From: a virus
Reading direction: 5' to 3' (one strand)
DNA: 64,000 nucleotides
Virus record (IMG/VR): IMGVR_UViG_3300035698_008252
Coordinates: 7,912 to 71,911 of that record
Both the position numbers and the translations under genes were made by a program. Of this stretch, positions 51,602-59,203 are shown in pieces (within the stretch, counting starts at the first letter, position 1; every line of letters starts with the position of its first letter). The notes under the pieces were generated by a model that saw only the letters and a program-made list of their open reading frames with translations, searched no databases and was not told where the DNA came from.

Positions 51602-52015
51602 TTAAGTACTTTCATCTAAGATAAAAGAATATTCTAATGGAAGCCAATACTCGTTATCCTTACCATCTATTTGAATACCAGGTGAAGATTGTCTTATGAA
51701 ACTTATAACTTTCCAAGAACCTGATGTTAATTCTACTTCAGATTTATTTAATAAATCATCTACTGCCTGAGCTATGTTAAGGCATACGTTAGGAGCACTT
51801 GCAATCTCTCTACTAACAACAATCTGAACCTCAACATCACCTGTTTGAGAAGGTATATTGTTACCATCAGAACCAATATCACCAGAAATAACAATACGTT
51901 TAGGTTCTCGCTGGTCTAAACCCATAATGTGAATATTATTAGAGCTACCTAATAAAGCTACTAAAGCAGCGTTAGTCTTTAAATAAGCTATTATTCTTTC
52001 AGCTATAATATTCAT
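51602..52015 (-). CDS. tail terminator / tail completion protein
   Basis: IIAYLKTNAALVALLG...IAQAVDDLL; position. Confidence 0.7.
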   Translation of the reverse strand: MNIIAERIIAYLKTNAALVALLGSSNNIHIMGLDQREPKRIVISGDIGSDGNNIPSQTGDVEVQIVVSREIASAPNVCLNIAQAVDDLLNKSEVELTSGSWKVISFIRQSSPGIQIDGKDNEYWLPLEYSFILDEST

Positions 52016-52017
52016 TA

Positions 52018-52554
52018 TTATCCTGTCTTCCTGTTAAAAATTATTGTAGTTCCTATTTGATTAGCTATAATACTCTCTTTAGATTGATAGTGAGTCTGTA
52101 AATCGTTATATGACTTTTCAACATAAGCCCTACCTTTATATTTACCTACTCGTATTTTAGTAAAATTAAATCTACCGTTTACTGAAAATCGAGATATACT
52201 AGGATTTCTAGAACCCTTTTTCCATGAGGATACAGGGAACGACATCTTACCTCTAATAAGCTGACCTCCACGCTTTCCATGCTCAGCAGCAAATCTATAA
52301 GGAAGTTTACCAGCAGGGTAAATAATACCATGAATACCTTTACCTTTAGATGAAACCCTATAGGTAACAGAATTAGATAGCTTACCAGTAGACCTAGGAC
52401 TTCGAGATTTAGCGTAATATTTCATGCGTCTTTCAGTATATTTAGATAGTCTAGTAACCCAACGAATAGCTGTCAGTATAATTCTTTGATTAGCACCGTT
52501 AAGGTCTTTTACAAAACTATCTAATTGTCTTGTATTTACTATTACTGAAGACAT
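52018..52554 (-). CDS. neck / tail completion protein (HK97 gp10-like)
   Basis: SPRSTGKLSNSV...AAEHG; basic. Confidence 0.65.
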   Translation of the reverse strand: MSSVIVNTRQLDSFVKDLNGANQRIILTAIRWVTRLSKYTERRMKYYAKSRSPRSTGKLSNSVTYRVSSKGKGIHGIIYPAGKLPYRFAAEHGKRGGQLIRGKMSFPVSSWKKGSRNPSISRFSVNGRFNFTKIRVGKYKGRAYVEKSYNDLQTHYQSKESIIANQIGTTIIFNRKTG

Positions 52555-52556
52555 AT

Positions 52557-52901
52557 TTAATCCTTATTTTCTAAACTTTTTAAAGGTACTTCGTAATGAT
52601 GACCTTGACCACCCGCATCTTCAACACCAATAACTACAAAATCTTTACCATTAAAAACAACAATATCATCTACTTCAATATCCTGAGTAATCTCAAAGAA
52701 AGCTATCATAGTAGCTATCTGCTTCTGACCTCTAACATCAAATTCTAGCATCTCATAAGATGCCTGAATCATGCAAGGAACGCTGGTAGCTACATCTGTT
52801 AGTGTTTCAGCTTTAGCACCCCACTTATCAGTAACACCTTTTACTCGACGAGTAATAGTGCATGTATGAGTTAATAAATTAGTAAATTCTAAATCAGCCA
52901 T
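52557..52901 (-). CDS. head closure protein
   Basis: LTHTCTITR...DKWG...DIVVFNG..F.VIGVEDAGGQGHHYEV. Confidence 0.75.
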   Translation of the reverse strand: MADLEFTNLLTHTCTITRRVKGVTDKWGAKAETLTDVATSVPCMIQASYEMLEFDVRGQKQIATMIAFFEITQDIEVDDIVVFNGKDFVVIGVEDAGGQGHHYEVPLKSLENKD

Positions 52902-52915
52902 TATATAACATCCTC

Positions 52916-53056
52916 CTAAACTTTCCAGGTATATGCACAGACTTTACAAGTGTAAGTAGAACCATCATCATCTGAGGATACATAGACTTTATGTTTGCCG
53001 CATTTAGGACACTTTAATTTATGTTGATAATTATCGTCTGAGTTTTTCTTAGCCAT
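52916..53056 (-). CDS. 46-aa Zn-ribbon protein (not in ORF track)
   Basis: MAKKNSDDNYQHKLKCPKCGKH...YTCKVCAYTWKV*, coupled to the upstream stop. Confidence 0.65.
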   Translation of the reverse strand: MAKKNSDDNYQHKLKCPKCGKHKVYVSSDDDGSTYTCKVCAYTWKV

Positions 53057-53634
53057 TATATAATATCTCCCATAGCTATACCATTATCACCAGCAACTAT
53101 TTGATTTACAAGAGCAGTAACCTCACAATTTAGATTCTGAAGATACATAGTAGAACTAGAATCAACAGCACCAAAATCTTTTTGGTATCTACCTATCTTA
53201 ATACGCTTAACCTGATTTGTGTATTGAGGTGTAAATATCCCTAAACCTTTAAGTGTTAAAAGAGATATTAAATAATCATGAATATCTAAATGAGTATAGG
53301 CGTTAATAGTATAAGTTATACTAACTTTCTGACCCGCACCAAAACCACCGCCATAAGAAAAGAAGCCAGTAGAAGGATTAAGTTTTATAGATGTAGAATC
53401 AAAATCCTGGTCGGTATCATCAAGAGAAATAGTATCTATACTTTTAATACCTATATCAGGAAGCTTTAAATAGGAAGAAGACCTACCGATAATTTTAGTA
53501 TAAGTTTTTTCAGTCTCAGCAAGTTTTAATTGAGTAAGAATAAAAAACTGTTTCTGAGCCCATAAAAAAACTGAATCAGATATATTAGTAACAGCTATAC
53601 CTAAAATGTCTGCTATTTCTTGTTTAGTTACCAT
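53056..53634 (-). CDS. head-tail adaptor/connector
   Basis: MVTKQEIADILGI N-terminus, KRIKIGRYQ; position. Confidence 0.7.
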   Translation of the reverse strand: MVTKQEIADILGIAVTNISDSVFLWAQKQFFILTQLKLAETEKTYTKIIGRSSSYLKLPDIGIKSIDTISLDDTDQDFDSTSIKLNPSTGFFSYGGGFGAGQKVSITYTINAYTHLDIHDYLISLLTLKGLGIFTPQYTNQVKRIKIGRYQKDFGAVDSSSTMYLQNLNCEVTALVNQIVAGDNGIAMGDII

Positions 53635-53648
53635 GTAAAGCCTCCGTT

Positions 53649-54089
53649 TTATTTACCACTAACTATGAAAGTACGCCACTTATCAGTAGGGATTGTATTA
53701 AATATTTTAGATATTGTTGGTTTTTCTTTAGGGAAGAATTCTTTAGGAATGTATAGAAGACCCGCAAAAACATAAACCTTATTAGCGGTAATCTTATCCA
53801 CCTCTAAATTAGGTTTAAAAAATAAAGCCCCAAATGTTCGTAATCTTCTTACGACAATAAGGGGTTTCTTAGTATCTTTGTTTATATAACCTAGAACTTT
53901 GTCTAAGTCTATTTTAAATAAATGAGCATTAATAACCACGATAAGGTTATCATCACCCATAGGATTTTTGATTCTAGATAAATCAACTCTCTCACCTAAG
54001 TACTCACTATCAACTTTTAGAGTATCTTTAACAAGTCTTAAAATTATTTTATCCCCAACAGATTGTTTACCAAATATATAACTTTTCAT
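53649..54089 (-). CDS. degenerate sugar-nucleotidyltransferase-like protein
   Basis: LIVVIN...KIDLDKVL...TFGAL...VFAGLLYI resembles the NTP-transferase C-half; the N-terminal GxGxR loop is missing. Confidence 0.4.
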   Translation of the reverse strand: MKSYIFGKQSVGDKIILRLVKDTLKVDSEYLGERVDLSRIKNPMGDDNLIVVINAHLFKIDLDKVLGYINKDTKKPLIVVRRLRTFGALFFKPNLEVDKITANKVYVFAGLLYIPKEFFPKEKPTISKIFNTIPTDKWRTFIVSGK

Positions 54090-54100
54090 ATTAGTCTCCC

Positions 54101-54463
54101 TTAAATCTGAGTTTTTCCACAATGTTTACAAATATATGTACATTTACCTAAGTGTTTAAAAATTATATGAGCTGCTTTATTAGGAAATAACATAAGATTA
54201 TCTAATCTGTTATCCTATCTAATACCGTTAATATGATGAACTATTTCAGTAGAAGTTAAATATCTACCTATATGTTTCTCCATTACTAAGTGGTGTTCAA
54301 GAACGTAGGATTTACGTCTTCCTGTAGCATGAGGGTGCTTTGGTGAGTAAACTTTGATATAGCCATCAGGTCTAACACATCTACCACCAGTCCACTGAGA
54401 ATTACCAGCACCACTAACGCCTTGTTTAGACTTCTCTGACCAACCTTTGTTTTTCTTCCTCAC
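54101..54463 (-). pseudogene. HNH endonuclease interrupted by an in-frame TAG
   Basis: ...LEHHLVME.HIGR.L...EIVHHINGIR*DNRLDNLMLF...CKHCGKTQI*; TAG at 54215-54217. Confidence 0.8.
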
Positions 54464-54512
54464 AGTATTAACCCCTTTGTCAATGTTAGGTTCATATACT
54501 ACGCACTACCTA

Positions 54513-54546
54513 TATATAAAGACGCATAGCCCCTATAAAAAGATGC
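54513..54546 (-). promoter_or_regulatory. putative ECF-type (late) promoter GCATC-N17-CGTCTTTATATA
   Basis: Reverse strand reads GCATCTTTTTataggggctaTGCGTCTTTATATA; matches 21968-22001. Confidence 0.55.
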
Positions 54547-54554
54547 GTTTTTTA

Positions 54555-55421
54555 TTAAATAAATTCCAATTCTTTTGCTAATTTAGACCAAAATAATACA
54601 TTTGCATGTAAAGTGTTTGTACGCATAGCTTTATAATCCCAGCCATAGGAAAAAGCACCAACACTATTATTAGTTATTATCTTACAACCACTCAAATAAG
54701 CCTCGGCTACAGCCCTTCCAAAAGCCTCTTTGCAGGTAGGTGTATGCATGAAATATGTATACTCATTGTACTTATTAAATATTTCCTCTTTAGGAACGTA
54801 ACCTAAAGGTCTACAATTTCTTTGAGATTTAAGTGCTCCGAGTATACCTGAGCTAGCCCTGTGATAATAAAAATCTATAACTGTTTCAGGATTCTTTTTT
54901 GCAAAATTAATAATATCCCATAAACCTTTACCCTCATGAATATTACCTGCATAAAGTATTCTACCGTTTCGTTTATTTCCTAAGTCATAGAAATAATTAG
55001 GTATGTAAGGAGGAACGCATATCATGTGCTCAACACCAGATAAATATTTTTTAAAACAGTCTCTATGTAAAGGAGATAAAAATATACTAACAGCAGACTT
55101 TTGGAAAAAATCACGACGCTTCTCAAGTATGCTCATCCATCTACCAGAATCATGACTGTAAGCAACATAAGGTTTCTCACGCATTAATGTCTGTCTTACC
55201 TTAGATGGAAATTCAAAGTTATTACTAAAGATAACTAAATCACAGGCATCAACATCTTTTGAATTAATTATATTAGGTGTAATAACTTTTATATTATAAC
55301 CCAGAGATTTACCAGCACTAATAATATAACTATCAGTAATCTCAGCACCACCCGCAGGTACATCAGATATAGTATGGTCTGTAAGCCATAGTATGTTTGT
55401 CTCTTTTAAATTCATCCGCAT
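54555..55421 (-). CDS. GT-B (GT4-like) glycosyltransferase
   Basis: GGAE, YAGNIHEGKG, EAFGRAVAEA (E-X7-E). Confidence 0.88.
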   Translation of the reverse strand: MRMNLKETNILWLTDHTISDVPAGGAEITDSYIISAGKSLGYNIKVITPNIINSKDVDACDLVIFSNNFEFPSKVRQTLMREKPYVAYSHDSGRWMSILEKRRDFFQKSAVSIFLSPLHRDCFKKYLSGVEHMICVPPYIPNYFYDLGNKRNGRILYAGNIHEGKGLWDIINFAKKNPETVIDFYYHRASSGILGALKSQRNCRPLGYVPKEEIFNKYNEYTYFMHTPTCKEAFGRAVAEAYLSGCKIITNNSVGAFSYGWDYKAMRTNTLHANVLFWSKLAKELEFI

Positions 55422-55589
55422 AACCCATTACCCTTCAAGAAGCCTAATCTAATTTCATAGTTACATATAATAATAATTATTGAATACTCTTTATAATAGT
55501 AACTAATATGCATAGCAGTATCTATATGAAACCATCTCTGTGTCTTATGAAACTCCAACCAATAATTTGTAAATTCAAAAGTAAAAGGA

Positions 55590-56228
55590 TTAAACATTAG
55601 CATCTCCTATATTTAAGATTTCCTTTTTATATACGTCTATTAAGGGATTCCAATAAGTTTTACTATAATAAAATGATTTTCTATTTAAAGGAGTTTTCCA
55701 TTCCTTAGTGTATAAATATTCTAAAAGTTTTTCTGATTTATTAGGTATAGGTAATGTCTCGTTAAGTATTTTACCACGAGACAGGGGAAGTAAAATAGAA
55801 GCATCTAAACCATGAATACCCATAGAATAAAAATAATACTTTCCATCTACACCAATCCAGGAAGTCCATACATCAAATACACATTTCTTATCTTCAGAGA
55901 ATATATGTGAATGACCACAATAGCGAGGTAAGTTTGAACCTTCACCATAACTTAGTATAAGACCTAAGTTAGCACAGATAGCATTAATCATAAGCATCTC
56001 TTTGAAAACATCCTCGAAGTTATTATACTTACTTAGATAAGCTAAATCAATATCATTATCAGAATCTATAAAGTTCTTCTCTCTAACAGCTCCTAGAAGA
56101 GTTCCATAGGATAAGTAAATATCTAAGCCGAATAGTTTCTTAAACCATACACAGAAAGAGGAAGTATATTTCGATTGTAGTATCTTATCCTTATCAGATA
56201 TATCTCTAAAGCGTAATCCCTTTGACAT
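55590..56228 (-). CDS. licD: LicD/fukutin-family phosphotransferase
   Basis: YGTLLGAVRE..FI..DNDIDL; LEYLY..EWKTP. Confidence 0.9.
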   Translation of the reverse strand: MSKGLRFRDISDKDKILQSKYTSSFCVWFKKLFGLDIYLSYGTLLGAVREKNFIDSDNDIDLAYLSKYNNFEDVFKEMLMINAICANLGLILSYGEGSNLPRYCGHSHIFSEDKKCVFDVWTSWIGVDGKYYFYSMGIHGLDASILLPLSRGKILNETLPIPNKSEKLLEYLYTKEWKTPLNRKSFYYSKTYWNPLIDVYKKEILNIGDANV

Positions 56229-56239
56229 AATATTCCTTA

Positions 56240-56962
56240 CTAAACTTTTGTATGACAGAATATAGATAGTTCTTTATGTATTCTTGTCATTATTTTCTGA
56301 TTAGGGTAATATTTGTGTGCAAATATAGTTTTGTTAATATCATGAAATGCGTGTCTAGGATTAGAAGAACAACTTGAAATATCTAAGCCTAAACTCTTAA
56401 CATGTAATTCTCTATAATAAAAGTCTAATACAAAATCTTCAAAACTAACTATGTGAGTATTACACTTAGAACTATAAGAAAGATTTAAATAACCCCTATA
56501 AAATTTAAGCATACATCTTTTGTAAGAAAGTATAAAAGAGCCTACAGGGTCTTTATCTTGCGACCACTTTCTTTCACCACGACTATTTTTCCATTCACGC
56601 TCCCAAGCAATCCAGGTAGTTCTAGGGTCTCTAAGAACACAAAAAACATTAGGTGAATCAAATAATTCTAGGCATTTTAAATTTAAACAAGATACTACAT
56701 TGTTTAGTAATAGGACACCTTTAAAGTCAGAACCAAATTCTTTTTCTATTTCGCTAGCTATAATTGCTGCTAATCTCAGTTTGTATTTATTAATATCTTT
56801 AAAATTATCTCGCCTCCAATCTCTAAATACACCCCGAGCTATTGCGGGTTTAAGCTCACGAACTATACCATAGACTCTTGGGAAACATCTGAAGTAATCA
56901 AATAAAGCAGATGAACCCGAAGCACCTGTACCAGAAACTATTATTGTCTTCTCTATGTGCAC
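56240..56962 (-). CDS. sulfotransferase-like P-loop protein
   Basis: VSGTGASGSSALFDY, VLRDPR, VSFEDFV. Confidence 0.7.
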   Translation of the reverse strand: MHIEKTIIVSGTGASGSSALFDYFRCFPRVYGIVRELKPAIARGVFRDWRRDNFKDINKYKLRLAAIIASEIEKEFGSDFKGVLLLNNVVSCLNLKCLELFDSPNVFCVLRDPRTTWIAWEREWKNSRGERKWSQDKDPVGSFILSYKRCMLKFYRGYLNLSYSSKCNTHIVSFEDFVLDFYYRELHVKSLGLDISSCSSNPRHAFHDINKTIFAHKYYPNQKIMTRIHKELSIFCHTKV

Positions 56963-56964
56963 AG

Positions 56965-58125
56965 TTAAGCCTCTCGCCTTAAGGATGCTTTAATAATGGC
57001 AAAAGAATTTTTTATTATTTTTTCTTTTATCTTAGTAGTACTTATTCTGCTGGTGTACGGTATATATATTACTTCACCGTTATCTCGCATCCAATCTAAG
57101 CCAGGTAATGATTTACCCTTCCAATCAGAACCTATGGTAACACAATCAACATTATGTTTTTTAAGTATATCTATAGGTATTAAAGATTCTTGTTTAATAA
57201 CAACATCAACACAAAATAAAGCCTTAACTATTCTAACCCTATCTTTAAAACTTATAATAGGCTTTACAAACTTGTAGGAATTAACTAAGTCGTCAGTGCT
57301 AACACCTACCACTAGAATATCACCCAGAGCCTTAGACTCTTCTAGCAAATTTAGATGACCTAAATTAAATAAATCGAATGTTCCTGCTGTATATATTATT
57401 CTAGGCTCTCTATATAATAAGTATTTTTTATCTCTAAAATAATTAATCCAAGCTAATCTATTATAATTAGTTTTAGGGTGGCATTTTTTACATAATACTA
57501 TTAAGTTACCTTCTGAGCAATTATTTTTACAATAATCAATATGGTGAACTATATTAGAAGCTTTTCCACAAATCTGACATTTGTAACCATCCCTTAATCT
57601 TATTTTTTTCTTTAATTCTGTAGAAAATTCCAAAGGATAAACCCTATTAAGTCCTTCAATATAAGCTGGATGATTCTTACCAGATAAAAAAAGGTTATTA
57701 CATTTTTTACACCTGGTATGTCCGTATCTTATTAACTGTTTACCGCAATCACAGCATTTTGGTAAACCTTTCTTTGTTGCTGCACATACAGAACACTTAC
57801 AGCCACCATAATAACCGCTTCCATTAGATATTTCCCGACCACAGACTTTACAAAAGTATTTTCTAGTGGTAATACCCTTAAAATTTAAAGGTCTTTTATT
57901 TTTTAATTCTGTATTTCTACACTTTATACATAGCCTAGACCTATAATCCTTAGTACAACCACAAATAGGACACTCACTTTTTATCCTTAAATGACTCCCG
58001 TTTTTATAACTAGGATTTAATTCACCTGAATTTACACAAGAACGACAATAAACAGTCTTATTCTTATAGGAATATTTTCCAAGTAATTTACCGCATTTTT
58101 TACAATAACACTTTTTTAATCCCAT
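56965..58125 (-). CDS. Zn-finger/HNH endonuclease fused to TagD-like cytidylyltransferase
   Basis: Multiple CxxC; RDGYKCQICG..VHHIDY...NLIVLCKKCH; then YTAGTFDLFNLGH..LVVGVSTD..IGSDW..YT.RISTT. Confidence 0.85.
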   Translation of the reverse strand: MGLKKCYCKKCGKLLGKYSYKNKTVYCRSCVNSGELNPSYKNGSHLRIKSECPICGCTKDYRSRLCIKCRNTELKNKRPLNFKGITTRKYFCKVCGREISNGSGYYGGCKCSVCAATKKGLPKCCDCGKQLIRYGHTRCKKCNNLFLSGKNHPAYIEGLNRVYPLEFSTELKKKIRLRDGYKCQICGKASNIVHHIDYCKNNCSEGNLIVLCKKCHPKTNYNRLAWINYFRDKKYLLYREPRIIYTAGTFDLFNLGHLNLLEESKALGDILVVGVSTDDLVNSYKFVKPIISFKDRVRIVKALFCVDVVIKQESLIPIDILKKHNVDCVTIGSDWKGKSLPGLDWMRDNGEVIYIPYTSRISTTKIKEKIIKNSFAIIKASLRREA

Positions 58126-58607
58126 AATAACAAACCTATCCTATAAAAATAGTCAATAACTGGAAATTTAATAGAAACATTAAAATTCCCCATTAATTTT
58201 ACTACATCAATACCTGTAGCTTCCAAAGGTATTAATGACCTATTTGGTTGTCTACAAGGCTCTGTGCAAGAATCACAAAGCTTACAACTGCCCCCAGAAA
58301 AAGCCACAGCAAAGTATCTACCTGATTTTATTAAATTATCTCTATTATGTAACAATAGACTATGTAACTCCAAACTTGAATTTTTACCTAAAGTTTGCCA
58401 ATTACTCATATTATCTATTAAAAATTTTTCATAATAGATAGTTCCTTTAGAATAAGTAGGTAATAACCTTCTATAAGAATCAAAAGATTCTATATTATCT
58501 GGACAGGTATTTTTAATGTTATACCGTTTACAGGACTTACACTGCTCTCTGACTTTTAAGTCAAAAAAATTAACAAGTATACTCGGGTTTATATTTATAG
58601 ATTTCAT
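58116..58607 (-). CDS. DUF2284-like metal-binding protein
   Basis: CKSCKRY....CP, GGSCKLCDSC..PCR.P..LEATGIDV. Confidence 0.8.
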   Translation of the reverse strand: MKSININPSILVNFFDLKVREQCKSCKRYNIKNTCPDNIESFDSYRRLLPTYSKGTIYYEKFLIDNMSNWQTLGKNSSLELHSLLLHNRDNLIKSGRYFAVAFSGGSCKLCDSCTEPCRQPNRSLIPLEATGIDVVKLMGNFNVSIKFPVIDYFYRIGLLLWD

Positions 58608-59203
58608 AATTGACCTCCTAAAATAATATTCCGTATGTATGTTTTATCAGATAGTGATAGTATATAGTTAATCGTAACTAATATATCCCTGCGAGTAACT
58701 GTATCATCTAATCTACCAGGACATATGTTAGTAATTTTTATATTGGTATCTTTCAATTCACATCTTAAAGAATCAGAGAAACCCTGTAAGGCAAACTTAG
58801 AGGCAGAATAAATACTTTTGTTAGGTGCTCCTGTTATACCTCTAATAGATGATATATTAATTATATGTCCAGCATTATTAGGAATCATATTAAGTAAAGC
58901 TCCTTGAATCATATTAACAGTACCTATAAAATTAACATCCATTATACGTTCTATATCAGGAGCACATACAGAAGATACAGGGGAGTTAGCTATTATACCC
59001 GCACAGTTAATTAGAATATCTATTCTGCCATGCTCATGAATAATATCAGCTATATTTTTATATATAGATTTTCTAGATGTAATATCGCAAGAACTATGAG
59101 TAAGACTAACTACCTCATAAGTTTTAGATAAAGACATGAAATCAGAAATATATTCACCGATATAACCACTAGTTCCAGTTATCACAACTATTTTCTTAGC
59201 CAT
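58604..59203 (-). CDS. short-chain dehydrogenase/reductase
   Basis: ITGTSGYIG, INCAG, NISS, YSASK. Confidence 0.93.
   Translation of the reverse strand: MAKKIVVITGTSGYIGEYISDFMSLSKTYEVVSLTHSSCDITSRKSIYKNIADIIHEHGRIDILINCAGIIANSPVSSVCAPDIERIMDVNFIGTVNMIQGALLNMIPNNAGHIINISSIRGITGAPNKSIYSASKFALQGFSDSLRCELKDTNIKITNICPGRLDDTVTRRDILVTINYILSLSDKTYIRNIILGGQL

Noticed and set aside
605-58441. Short antisense or nested ORFs in the track (e.g. 605-790, 8241-8633, 12251-12802, 26808-28498, 47467-47700, 56996-57277)
   Set aside because: They lie opposite or inside well-supported genes, lack RBSs and motifs, and are most likely shadow ORFs.
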